In this document: positions 40,107-48,255 of the stretch, piece after piece
Layout: every line of letters starts with the position of its first letter
Position numbering within the stretch: the stretch's first letter is position 1
From: a virus
IMG/VR virus record: IMGVR_UViG_3300050821_006049
DNA: 64,000 bases
Direction: 5' to 3' (one strand)
Position numbers and translations under genes: made by a program
Notes under the pieces: model-generated
The model's database searches: none
What the model was told of the DNA's origin: nothing
Seen by the model: only the letters and a program-made list of their open reading frames with translations

Positions 40107-41002
40107 GTGCCCAAAAAAGCATGCAGTTTTACCACAGCATCAAGGCACTGTCTGCGTCGGGCGTCGAGACGCTGGCAAATGACTGCGCTTGGCGATTCTG
40201 GCAAGAAAGCCCGTGGAACCCGAATTTAGTTCCTAAGCATGCCAATGTGTTCGATGTGGGCTCGGCTGCGCATCTGGCCGTGCTTGAGCCTGAGCAATAC
40301 GATGCTCGCGTCGTCGAGGTGCATCACCCGGATTACAAGACCAAGGCAGCGCAGGAGCTCCGCGACGGAGCCTATGAGGCCGGCAAGGTGCCCATCCTCG
40401 ACAAGGAAAAGCCGGTCATCGTCAAAATAGCCGAGGCAATTTTCGAGCGCGCCGGCAGCTATTTCACCGGCGGCGAGGCTGAGGTGTCGCTGACGTGGGA
40501 TTGGGACGGAGTGCCGTGCAAGGCAAGGCCCGATTATCTGATCCGGGAGCGCGGGCTGATCGTTGACCTCAAGACGACGACGACATGCAATCCGCAGGCC
40601 ATCGCCCGCAAAGCTTGGAATGAAGGATGGGCGAGCCGCGTCGTCTGGTACAAGGAAGCGGCGATGGCCATTCCTGGAGCTCGTCCGGGATGGTCTGGGC
40701 TCGGACGTGGCCCGCGCTATATCTTCGTCGTCATCGAGGTTAAGCCGCCGCACCTGATCCAGCTTTTTGAGTTGGATGAACGCGCGGAGGCGTGGGGCCA
40801 GCAGATCGTGCGCCGCGGGCTGCGCCTGTTCCGAGAGTGCATGGCGAAGGGCGAGTGGCCGGCGTATGGGGATGGCGTGCAGAAGCTCAGCTTGCCAGCT
40901 TGGAGTGAGTACCAGCTTGCGGACCGCGAGCAAGCCGGCGAGTTCTCGACGCGGCCGACTAAAGAACAGATCGCCCGATCAACAGAGTGGTTGGAGCCAT
41001 GA
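40103..41002 (+). CDS. PD-(D/E)XK exonuclease (RecE/exodeoxyribonuclease VIII-like)
   Basis: Start at ATG 40103 (MSAQKSMQFYHSIKALSASG…). 'GSAAHLAVLEPEQY' and 'KARPDYLIRERGLIVDLKTTTTCNP…' match the PDDEXK-like exonuclease pattern (G.a.H..vLEP; aRpDyl…ivDlKTt). Confidence 0.75.
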   Translation: MSAQKSMQFYHSIKALSASGVETLANDCAWRFWQESPWNPNLVPKHANVFDVGSAAHLAVLEPEQYDARVVEVHHPDYKTKAAQELRDGAYEAGKVPILDKEKPVIVKIAEAIFERAGSYFTGGEAEVSLTWDWDGVPCKARPDYLIRERGLIVDLKTTTTCNPQAIARKAWNEGWASRVVWYKEAAMAIPGARPGWSGLGRGPRYIFVVIEVKPPHLIQLFELDERAEAWGQQIVRRGLRLFRECMAKGEWPAYGDGVQKLSLPAWSEYQLADREQAGEFSTRPTKEQIARSTEWLEP

Positions 41003-41169
41003 GCGAAATCAAAACCCCGGAGCAAGTAGCCTCTATGCGTGCTGAATGGGACCGATGGCTTGCAGTGCATCGTCCCACGATTGAGGAATTAAATTCTCTC
41101 ATCGAATGGGCTATGTCGAAAAAGCACGAAGCGTCCAAGCGTCTTACGGGCCGCTGGTATCGGCCATGA
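40999..41169 (+). CDS. Small hypothetical protein (56 aa)
   Basis: ATGA overlaps at both ends. MSEIKTPEQVASMRAEWDRWLAVHRPTIEELNSLIEWAM…. Confidence 0.4.
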   Translation: MSEIKTPEQVASMRAEWDRWLAVHRPTIEELNSLIEWAMSKKHEASKRLTGRWYRP

Positions 41170-42551
41170 GCATCGTCACCTTCGCGCCGGCTGCTCGGCT
41201 GGGCTCGCACATCATCGTCACGGCCTATGGGGTGTCGGGCTGCGGCAAGACGCTGAGTTTGTTGCTGCTCGGGCGCGGACTTGCCGGGCCAAACGGCAAG
41301 CTCGGCATGATCGACACCGAAACCGGCCGTGGCCGGATCTATGCCGCCCGCGTGCCTGGCGGGTATCTCTACGGCGAGCTCACCCCACCGTTCACACCAG
41401 AACGCTACATTGAGGCAATCGACGACGCAGAGAAAGCTGGAGTGGAAGTCCTAGTTCTGGACTCCGGTTCGCACGAATGGGAAGGGTTCGGCGGCATTCT
41501 GGAGATCGCCGACGCTGGAGAGAACCGGGAAGGCAAGCCGCTAGAAGGCTTGGTGAAATGGAGTCGTCCCAAGGCGCGCCACAAGAAGTACGTGAACCGG
41601 CTCCTCAACAGCCACATGCACCTGCTGATCGGACTCCGAGCCAAAGAGAAGATGAAGCAGTACACGTCCAAGGACGTGCCGCTACCGGCTGGTGTACGCG
41701 TAGGCGATATCATTTCTGAGGGGTTTACGCCGATACAAGACAAGCGCTTCATCTTTGAGACGACCGTGCAGCTTTTTCTGCCGCTCGGGTCGCGCGCCGA
41801 CCTTGGCAAGCCCGTCGTCGAGAAATGCCCCGAGGATCTGTGGGCGGCGTTCCCTGACGGCGAGCAGATCAGCGAGAAGACGGGCGAACTAATCAGACAG
41901 TGGGTAGCCGGAGGCGAGCCCGTCGACAAGGAGCTGCTCACCTTGCGGCGCCAGGCCGAGGAAGCGGCCGGAAAGGGCGTCGAGGCGATGAAAGCGCATT
42001 GGCACAAGCTCGGTCGCGCTACGCAAGCGCGATTGGTTGATCAGATGGATAATCTCCGCAGCATCGCCGAGAGCGCGGATGCAGAACATGGTGCGCCACC
42101 GTCTCATAGCGAAGACGGCCAACCGGCCAACCGGCCGCAAATGTGTTCGGACGATTCGGGGGAAGAGATTCGAACCGGCGCACCAGACATTCCGGCCGCT
42201 ACGGAGGCCGCCGGCGAGCCTCCGGTCCCGGAGCGCCCGCAGGAGCCCAAAGCCGGCTCCTCGCAACCAGCGGCCAGCGCCGCAGAGGACGCAAGCCCTT
42301 TGGACGGCTCGGGCGGGAACTCTACTACTGGTGAAATCACACCGCCGCGTCTCAACGGCCAAGCCGACTATCGAGGCTGGCGCGCGCGATTCGATCGGGC
42401 AGCTACTCAATGTCGTGATCGTGCCGAGTTGGCGGCGCTGACCGGCGAGAACTTCCACCACATCGAGGCCTACAACGTCGCGCTCCCGCGCCTCGCCCCG
42501 GCTTTCGCTGCGGCCCGAACCAAGCGCATGGAGGAGTTGCCCGATGCTTAA
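41166..42551 (+). CDS. AAA_24/Sak4-like RecA-fold ATPase with long acidic/Pro-rich C-terminal extension
   Basis: Start at ATG 41166. Walker A 'YGVSGCGKTLS', then 'GKLGMIDTETG' and 'VLVLDSGSHEW' (Walker B-like). The ~200-aa disordered region (…PPSHSEDGQPANRPQ…PPVPERPQEPKAGSS…) is followed by a small C-terminal domain. Confidence 0.75.
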   Translation: MSIVTFAPAARLGSHIIVTAYGVSGCGKTLSLLLLGRGLAGPNGKLGMIDTETGRGRIYAARVPGGYLYGELTPPFTPERYIEAIDDAEKAGVEVLVLDSGSHEWEGFGGILEIADAGENREGKPLEGLVKWSRPKARHKKYVNRLLNSHMHLLIGLRAKEKMKQYTSKDVPLPAGVRVGDIISEGFTPIQDKRFIFETTVQLFLPLGSRADLGKPVVEKCPEDLWAAFPDGEQISEKTGELIRQWVAGGEPVDKELLTLRRQAEEAAGKGVEAMKAHWHKLGRATQARLVDQMDNLRSIAESADAEHGAPPSHSEDGQPANRPQMCSDDSGEEIRTGAPDIPAATEAAGEPPVPERPQEPKAGSSQPAASAAEDASPLDGSGGNSTTGEITPPRLNGQADYRGWRARFDRAATQCRDRAELAALTGENFHHIEAYNVALPRLAPAFAAARTKRMEELPDA

Positions 42552-42723
42552 AATGAGACATTGTTGGAATTGCGGGAAAGAAATGGGGATGCTCGATGAT
42601 CGTGTCTTTGATCGTCGCGATACTTGCGGCTCACGCGAATGCGAACGGGCGGCGCGTGACGAAGATCGACGTGAGCGCGAGGAAGAGCATGAACAACTTG
42701 ACCGAGACCGCGGGTGGCGATGA
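42544..42723 (+). CDS. Small zinc-ribbon protein (59 aa)
   Basis: My translation is MLKMRHCWNCGKEMGMLDDRVFDRRDTCGSRECERAARDEDRRERE…. CxxC…CxxxxC arrangement. Overlaps neighbouring genes at both ends. Confidence 0.4.
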   Translation: MLKMRHCWNCGKEMGMLDDRVFDRRDTCGSRECERAARDEDRREREEEHEQLDRDRGWR

Positions 42724-42899
42724 GTAACATTCGCATCTGCCCTGAGTGCAATGGGGAAAAGGTCGTTGAGTACGAAAGCCGCCGCCCATCGCCGCCAAGT
42801 GGGCGGTTTGAAACTTGGCTAGATACCTGTCCGCTCTGTGACGGAGAGGGCGAGATTACAGTCGAGCCGATCGGAATGGAGGAGTTGTCCGATGGATGA
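42720..42899 (+). CDS. DnaJ CR-type zinc-finger miniprotein (59 aa)
   Basis: 'CPECNGEK…CPLCDGEG' gives two CxxCxGxG-type motifs, i.e. one DnaJ-type zinc centre. ATGA overlap upstream. Confidence 0.6.
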   Translation: MSNIRICPECNGEKVVEYESRRPSPPSGRFETWLDTCPLCDGEGEITVEPIGMEELSDG

Positions 42900-43062
42900 A
42901 ATCCTGGATGGAATCCGTACCTGTCCTGAATGCAAGGGGGAAGGTTTTATCGAATTTGAGATTGCACCGCCGACATCTAGTCCTTGGCCGGAAGTGGCCG
43001 TCAAGTGCTGCCCGACATGTGGTGGCGCGGGCGAAATAGAGGAGGAGTTGCCAGATGGCTGA
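42892..43062 (+). CDS. DnaJ CR-type zinc-finger miniprotein (56 aa), tandem paralogue
   Basis: 'CPECKGEG…CPTCGGAG'. The C-terminus 'EEELPDG' parallels 'MEELSDG' of the preceding gene. Confidence 0.6.
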   Translation: MDEILDGIRTCPECKGEGFIEFEIAPPTSSPWPEVAVKCCPTCGGAGEIEEELPDG

Positions 43063-43525
43063 GAATGCGGAGCTTTACCGCGCGCTGAAAGCTGCCCGCG
43101 ATCGTCATCGCGACATCCAAGACGAACTGGACAGGCATATAGCCGAGATCCGCCAGCAGTTCGCGGAGAGGCTTGCCGAGGCGGCGGCGGCAGTATCAAG
43201 CGCAGAGCGCGGCATAGACGAGGCGAAGTCCGCCGCGGGAGTGCTCGCGAACGCCGACATGCCTACGCACCTGCTATACGAGTGGAAACGAGACCGCAGA
43301 TCACTCTACGAGCTCACCGGGCGCAAAGGCCGGTACGAGGTCCGCACGTTGGAATCGCAGTTCGCCTCTACTCCTCATGGCGTCTCAATGGGCGAACGGT
43401 TTATCCGGCTGCTGAAAAAAGACGGAACACCTAGCCTACGGCACGAGTGGCTGGGTACTTGGCGAGGGAAATGGCTGCCGGAGGGCGAAGACCCGAACCA
43501 TGAGAAGGACGCCGCCGCCGAGTGA
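43055..43525 (+). CDS. Hypothetical protein (156 aa), last gene of the rightward early operon
   Basis: Helical N-terminus, then '…LYEWKRDRRSLYELTGRKGRYEVRTLESQF…'. No family recognised. Confidence 0.45.
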   Translation: MAENAELYRALKAARDRHRDIQDELDRHIAEIRQQFAERLAEAAAAVSSAERGIDEAKSAAGVLANADMPTHLLYEWKRDRRSLYELTGRKGRYEVRTLESQFASTPHGVSMGERFIRLLKKDGTPSLRHEWLGTWRGKWLPEGEDPNHEKDAAAE

Positions 43526-43538
43526 CCGCCCACCGCGA

Positions 43539-44855
43539 TCAGTGCGGCGCTCGCCATTCATCGAAAACAAAGCAGTGTTGATCGTAGTCCCAGCGAATCG
43601 GGATCGCTGTCCCGTCCTTTCCCCAATTTGACTTGCTGACAGTCAGGAGCCGGTTTCCTTTCGGCCCCTCGGGGATCATCCGCTTCTCGTCCTTCGACCA
43701 GACCATAGGGCGTTCCAGATGTAGATGCGTCCTGGCCTTCGCGCGCCATTGCTGCGATCCCCCGTACTGCGTGGCCGGCGTATTAGATCCCCCGCTCGGC
43801 TTTGGCGGATGCGTTGTCAAAAGCACGCAGGCATTGTTGTCACGCGCCCACTCCGTAAGAAACAACATTGTCGCCCGCGCAACGCGAGGCCGGTATGGAT
43901 CGCCGTTCATCATGTCGTCGCGGGTATCGAAGATGACGAGCTGGCGTCCTTCTAAATAGCCGTGCGCGATCAGCCAGCGCCAAAGCTGGGTCGGTTTGCA
44001 GCGCTCATTGCGCTGATCAAAATCAAGGAGCCAACTGTCGAGGCCATAGCGCGACGAGTAGTCGATCTGGTTTTCAAGATCGCCGGGCCGCAGACCGCGG
44101 GAGGACAGCAGCTTGTCCCGACGCCACAGCACCGTGTGCTCGGGGTCTTCGCAGAACCAAGCGAATGAGCGAACAGGATTCGCCAGTTGTTGCCCGACCC
44201 AAGCCTGCCCGGTCGCGGCGGCGATCATCAAGTCCAGCAGCAGGTAGGATTTCCCGCTGCCCTCGGCCCCGCTGAACAAACAGACGGCTCCCAGCGGCAG
44301 GACATCCGGGACCAGCCATTGCTCGGCTGGCAGATCCTTCAGATGTCCGCTGGCGAGGCTGCGGACGTTGAGGGCCTCATTTTGCTCGTGGATGGCGTGA
44401 AGGTAGCGGACCTCGTTTGGCTCGGCCGCGAGAAGCTGTCTCTCATGGTCATCATCGGCGACCTTAATGGGGTCGATGAGACGGCGCTTTTGCCAAGCGA
44501 TCGCAAGTTGATTTATCGCGGCAAGGTGATTGCGACGGCCGGCCTCATCCGGGTCGAGCTTCTCGACGCCGAGCTTGACACAAGCATCGACGAAGCTGAT
44601 GCGCTCGATCTTCTGGACAAATGAAATGGAATCTCCGCTTTCCCCGCAGGAGAAGCACTTAAACCCGATCGGCCAAACAACGAATGACGGATGTTTCTCC
44701 TGATGGAACGGGCAAAGGCCGACCGCGTACTTGGTTTTATAGGTCAGCGGGACGTAGCGGGAGATTATCGTGCGGGCATCGGTCTGTTTGAGGGCCGCTA
44801 GGTCGAACAACTCGGCGGTGTGGTTGTGGTGCGGCCGACGGACCTGCTCGCTCAT
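43539..44855 (-). CDS. Primase-type CHC2 zinc finger fused to RecA-fold (AAA_25/RepA-like) ATPase
   Basis: Start at ATG 44853-44855 (MSEQVRRPHH…). 'CPFHQEKHPSFVVWPIGFKCFSCGESGDSISFV' is a zf-CHC2. 'VCLFSGAEGSGKSYLLLDL' is a Walker A, and 'LVIFDTRDD' is Walker B-like. Confidence 0.75.
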   Translation of the reverse strand: MSEQVRRPHHNHTAELFDLAALKQTDARTIISRYVPLTYKTKYAVGLCPFHQEKHPSFVVWPIGFKCFSCGESGDSISFVQKIERISFVDACVKLGVEKLDPDEAGRRNHLAAINQLAIAWQKRRLIDPIKVADDDHERQLLAAEPNEVRYLHAIHEQNEALNVRSLASGHLKDLPAEQWLVPDVLPLGAVCLFSGAEGSGKSYLLLDLMIAAATGQAWVGQQLANPVRSFAWFCEDPEHTVLWRRDKLLSSRGLRPGDLENQIDYSSRYGLDSWLLDFDQRNERCKPTQLWRWLIAHGYLEGRQLVIFDTRDDMMNGDPYRPRVARATMLFLTEWARDNNACVLLTTHPPKPSGGSNTPATQYGGSQQWRAKARTHLHLERPMVWSKDEKRMIPEGPKGNRLLTVSKSNWGKDGTAIPIRWDYDQHCFVFDEWRAPH

Positions 44856-44886
44856 GGCCGATAGCACCGCGCGATATGGCTCGGCC

Positions 44887-45135
44887 TCATTTGCCGGCGA
44901 GATGCTCGGCACACCAGCGCCGGTGCTTCGCTGCCGGATGCTCGTGCGTCGTAACGTAGGACCAGAGAACGCGCCGACCAAATTCGGACCCGGTGAGCCC
45001 CCTAGCCTCGGCATCTTCTGTAATCCGCTCAAGCTGGCGATCCGTCAGCATTATTTGCAGACAGGAGCGCAGGCCCTTATCGAGACGGCCAGCCTTGAAT
45101 TGTGGGGATGGTTTGGATATATCAGTTCGCGACAT
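44887..45135 (-). CDS. RHH/MobC-like small regulator (82 aa)
   Basis: Start at ATG 45133-45135 with a GGAGGAAG RBS. 'CLQIMLTDRQLERITEDAEARGLTGSEFGRRVL' has a beta-strand plus helix, the RHH pattern. Confidence 0.5.
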   Translation of the reverse strand: MSRTDISKPSPQFKAGRLDKGLRSCLQIMLTDRQLERITEDAEARGLTGSEFGRRVLWSYVTTHEHPAAKHRRWCAEHLAGK

Positions 45136-45172
45136 CGCTTCCTCCGGTGCAAGGAACGGTGTCAAAGAATCG

Positions 45173-45204
45173 GGCTCCGCAGTTTGCCGCTGCGGGGCCT
45201 TTTT
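45173..45204 (+). terminator. Intrinsic terminator readable on the + strand
   Basis: GGCTCCGCAG-TTTGCCG-CTGCGGGGCC (10-bp stem with one G-U) followed by TTTTT (45200-04). No + strand gene ends here. It lies just beyond the start of the minus-strand RHH/primase operon. Confidence 0.5.
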
Positions 45205-45265
45205 CGTTGGCGAGGGCTAGCCTACGCCCGCGATTTCGGCAGCGTCAAGCCGGTTGTGGCGCGGA

Positions 45266-45556
45266 TCACTCGCTGTCTAGAGGCGGTAGAGGCGGCGGTA
45301 CAAAATATCGCAGCGGACCTGAGACGCGAGGGTTTTTCTGAGCTTCCTTCATTGCCAGAAATACCGAAACAAGAACTTCATCCCATAGAAGAAACCCCCG
45401 GGCACCAGTAAACTCTGACCACACAGATTCAATCTCGTTTCGTCCCGCCTCAATCATTTCCTTGGTAACGGAAGAGGTAAGAGTGCACCTCGGTAGCGGG
45501 GCCACTACCACCGCCTCCACAACCAACTGGACAACTTCCCAAATACAAAGGCACAC
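45266..45556 (-). CDS. Hypothetical protein with 'VTKEMIEAGRNEIESVW' motif
   Basis: ORF-track entry. The N-terminal 25 aa are dubious, so the true start may be internal. AT-richer region. Confidence 0.35.
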   Translation of the reverse strand: MCLCIWEVVQLVVEAVVVAPLPRCTLTSSVTKEMIEAGRNEIESVWSEFTGARGFLLWDEVLVSVFLAMKEAQKNPRVSGPLRYFVPPPLPPLDSE

Positions 45557-45790
45557 GGGTGGGGATGGGTCATCTGCTCATTTACTTGAATGTCACCCTC
45601 GATCCGCAAGTGTATACAATTCTTGAAGTCAACCATTGAGGGACTCGCGCCGAAATCTGACCTCTCACTAAAACCAATTTCGGTTTCCCGCGACGCAGCG
45701 TGCTGGTCGCAATCCGCCTCGGGAGCTCGCTGGCTTGTCTCTGTTCTGCTACTCGAATCGGTCATGGGGTCTAGGTCCGGAGGTATGGCA

Positions 45791-45818
45791 GAAAAAGAAA
45801 GCGCCCGCAAGGGGCGCT
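45791..45818 (-). terminator. Rho-independent terminator ending the 18-kb minus-strand operon
   Basis: AGCGCCC-GCAAG-GGGCGCT (45800-45818). On the minus strand it is followed by TTTCTTTTTC (rc of 45791-45800). It sits 30 nt after the stop at 45848. Confidence 0.65.
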
Positions 45819-45847
45819 AGTTTGGGGGAGAAACTGAACGGGGATGG

Positions 45848-46480
45848 TTAGCTGCCGCTGACCTCGCTGTACTGCATCGGCGCGACAAACGTTTCTGGCG
45901 GCGCGACGCCAGTGATGTTGACGGTGACGGCGGCTCCTACGATCGGAGCCTGTACCCCTAACGGGTCTGTCCAAGTGCCAAAGGTCGTAATGCTCTCGGT
46001 CGGTGCCGACGCGGGGGCCAGGAAACTGAATGTAACGCCATCGGCATTGAGGGTAACGCCGAGATCCGAGGCGTTGGCCTCGCCGATCGGCACAGACCAA
46101 GTGATCTGGCTGCCGGGGAAAACTTGGGGCGGGGTCGAGGAATCGACACACTGAACGCCGTCGGATGCGCCGCCGGCAGTCAGGTTGATTGAGGTAACAA
46201 TAGCCATAGTGCTGGCGCTCCTATACACGAGAGGAGGAACCGGCGGGATTGCCGGGTTCAGATCCGCCTCGATTTGCGTGTCGGCCGCGTCGATCGCGTC
46301 GAAGCGGGTCTTCAAATATGCTTTGAGGTCGGCGATCTGCTGGCTGAGTTCGGTCAGCAGGCCCAAGCCCGCCGCCGTGTCCACTTGCAGCGCATTCTGA
46401 ATCTGCTTCACGTCCTGTAAAATTTGCAGGACATCGGGCGGCTGAGGCGTCGGGCGAAACGGGAAGCGAGACTTAGCCAT
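45848..46480 (-). CDS. Coiled-coil + beta-sandwich protein (210 aa), last gene of the operon
   Basis: Helical N-terminus (…ILQDVKQIQNALQVDTAAGLGLLTELSQQIADLKAYLKTRFDAID…) and beta-rich C-terminus (…ITWSVPIGEANASDLGVTLNADGVTFSFLAP…). No signal peptide. Confidence 0.55.
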   Translation of the reverse strand: MAKSRFPFRPTPQPPDVLQILQDVKQIQNALQVDTAAGLGLLTELSQQIADLKAYLKTRFDAIDAADTQIEADLNPAIPPVPPLVYRSASTMAIVTSINLTAGGASDGVQCVDSSTPPQVFPGSQITWSVPIGEANASDLGVTLNADGVTFSFLAPASAPTESITTFGTWTDPLGVQAPIVGAAVTVNITGVAPPETFVAPMQYSEVSGS

Positions 46481-46530
46481 GGCCTCTAATTACCACAGGG
46501 ATTGTGACAGTTGATAGAGGGGGAAACTAC

Positions 46531-46785
46531 CTACGGCTGGTGCGGCGGCGTCGGCCCTACACGCATAGTCGGCGGCGGGGCAGGAGCAGGCACGGGATTG
46601 ACGATCGGTGCCGGGGGAGTCACTTCGGCCCAAGGTGGATGCATGAAGAGGCCCGCAACCAAGGAGGCGGCGCCTGCGCCAGCGGCCATGACGGCCGTGT
46701 GGGCCGGGAAGACTGGAGCGAAGATCCCTAGCACGCCAGACACAGCCGTGAACGCCAACGTTCCCCACTTGAGAACATTTCCCAT
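46531..46785 (-). CDS. Small membrane protein (84 aa)
   Basis: Start at ATG 46783-46785 (MGNVLKWGTLAFTAVSGVLGIFAPVFPAHTAVMAAGAGAASLVAGLFM…). Two hydrophobic helices and a Pro-rich tail. Confidence 0.5.
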   Translation of the reverse strand: MGNVLKWGTLAFTAVSGVLGIFAPVFPAHTAVMAAGAGAASLVAGLFMHPPWAEVTPPAPIVNPVPAPAPPPTMRVGPTPPHQP

Positions 46786-46937
46786 CAGAGCCTCCCGTGT
46801 CCGACGAGCAGCCAGATGATGAGCACGACCAGCAAGATTCCGCCGATGCCAATCCCGCCGCCCCATCCGTACTGGCGGTATCCGAAGCCGCCGCCGAATA
46901 TCAGCAGCAGCACGATGACGATGATGATCAGGTCCAA
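46785..46937 (-). CDS. DUF3309-like small membrane peptide (50 aa)
   Basis: TTG start 8 nt after AGGAG. My translation is (M)DLIIIVIVLLLIFGGGFGYRQYGWGGGIGIGGILLVVLIIWLLVGHGRL, the DUF3309-like pattern (TM - GyG/W-G-G - TM). TGATG overlap with the next gene. Confidence 0.5.
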   Translation of the reverse strand: MDLIIIVIVLLLIFGGGFGYRQYGWGGGIGIGGILLVVLIIWLLVGHGRL

Positions 46938-47020
46938 GGTCAGGACTCCTCAGTGCCGAGCACAAGCAGGATCAGCCATAGCACAAATACGATGCCCTAG
47001 CGTGATCCAGCCTGCGGTCG

Positions 47021-47212
47021 TCATTCGGGAGCCGCGCTGCCGTCGATCGGCCCGCGCCCGGCCTGCTCAGGATGAGACCCTGGCGGCGGCTCTATCTTGA
47101 TCCCCGGCTCATGCTGGTAGACGCCGCCGTCGCGGATGTAGACTGTGATCCCGAGTGCCCATGCCACAGCCTTAGCCTTCCGCAGCACCGCTTCGTCAGG
47201 AGTTTCGGTCAT
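47021..47212 (-). CDS. Small hypothetical protein (63 aa)
   Basis: ATG 47210-47212 with an ATGA overlap. MTETPDEAVLRKAKAVAWALGITVYIRDGGVYQHEPG…. Confidence 0.4.
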   Translation of the reverse strand: MTETPDEAVLRKAKAVAWALGITVYIRDGGVYQHEPGIKIEPPPGSHPEQAGRGPIDGSAAPE

Positions 47213-47616
47213 AGCCCACCGAGCGGGACGCGCAGCCCCAGCATTTGAAGCTGCAAGATGATCGGCAGGATCACCGGCGCGCACGGCCCTGCGGCCACGC
47301 CCTGCGCCAGCCTGTATCGCTCGACCAGCACGGCGAGCCCATCGCCCGTTGGATCGGGAGAGGCCATCACAGCGCCACCCAGCGCACCCCAGCACTGCGC
47401 TCCGGCTGCATCACCGCTCTTGGTCGCGATGACCCCGGCGTTGGCTACGTCGGTTGCGGTGAACTGCTGAAGCTGCGAGCAGGCCGAGAAAGCGATGGTC
47501 GCGATGATGGCGAGCCGTTTTGCGGCTGATCGGGTTACTTTCCGCCATCCTTTGCGCGTCCATTTCCACGCCACCCCTTCGGCATCGTAGAAACGATCTT
47601 GAGTGAGACGCTTCAT
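47209..47616 (-). CDS. Lipoprotein-like protein (135 aa)
   Basis: 'RLAIIATIAFSAC|SQ' is a lipobox-like F-S-A-C after a hydrophobic segment, preceded by an unusually long basic N-region. Confidence 0.45.
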   Translation of the reverse strand: MKRLTQDRFYDAEGVAWKWTRKGWRKVTRSAAKRLAIIATIAFSACSQLQQFTATDVANAGVIATKSGDAAGAQCWGALGGAVMASPDPTGDGLAVLVERYRLAQGVAAGPCAPVILPIILQLQMLGLRVPLGGL

Positions 47617-47795
47617 AGCCCCGGCACTCCGTCCTCGAGGTCAGCGAACGTCGGGCGCGGCCCGAACGAGTGCAGAGCCTCGTGTAGCCCGCGAATGGCG
47701 GCGGCGTGGTCGCCATGGAAGCCTACCGTATCAGGGTAGGCTTGGGCCAACAGCCGCGCGCAAGCGACGAGGAGCTGGAGTTCGTAGGGGTCCAC
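47613..47795 (-). CDS. Small hypothetical protein (60 aa)
   Basis: ORF with an ATGA overlap downstream. Confidence 0.35.
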   Translation of the reverse strand: MDPYELQLLVACARLLAQAYPDTVGFHGDHAAAIRGLHEALHSFGPRPTFADLEDGVPGL

Positions 47796-47846
47796 ATCTC
47801 GCCCTTCGATTATCTGCCGTCCCTTAGCACAACCGCCATGCGACTG

Positions 47847-48152
47847 TCAAAGTCTCGCCAGGAGATGGAAATGCTCGATCAGCACCACGCCGGCTGTCGC
47901 TGCACCTAGCATCCACGCGACCCGGATCGTGATCTTCGCGACAGACGCCTGGAGATCGATCAGGGCCGAACTTAGCTGGGCCGCCGCCGCTTCCTGCCGC
48001 CGCTCGACCGCCTCGATGCTGAGCTTGACTTCCTGAAACATGGCCCTCGTGCGCTCCCGATCTTCCATGCACATCCGCTCGTGTGCGGCGAGGAGCGCTT
48101 GGGTGCCGAACATGAAAACCATGCCTTCCATGATACGGAGGCAAACGCTCAC
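47847..48152 (-). CDS. Coiled-coil protein with C-terminal TM helix (about 94-101 aa)
   Basis: '…RERTRAMFQEVKLSIEAVERRQEAAAAQLSSALIDLQASVAKITIRVAWMLGAATAGVVLIEHF'. Internal ATGs at 48131 and 48122 are alternative starts. Confidence 0.45.
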   Translation of the reverse strand: MSVCLRIMEGMVFMFGTQALLAAHERMCMEDRERTRAMFQEVKLSIEAVERRQEAAAAQLSSALIDLQASVAKITIRVAWMLGAATAGVVLIEHFHLLARL

Positions 48153-48255
48153 TCAATGTGAACCACTTCACACTACCGAGCGTCATTTCTGCGTCCTTTT
48201 TTCCAGCACGGAACCGTATCACGAGGCCAGAAGCCCAGCAAATCGCGTATCGCGG

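Noticed and set aside
44770-45411. 213-aa + strand ORF spanning the RHH gene and the terminator
   Set aside because: It crosses a strong intrinsic terminator and is antisense to two supported genes. The composition is that of a shadow ORF.
45505-45810. 101-aa minus-strand ORF between the operon terminator and gene 45266-45556
   Set aside because: Its 5' part overlaps the terminator hairpin, and its 3' part overlaps the next ORF. Composition and ends look unnatural. A shorter version from ATG 45765 is possible but unsupported.
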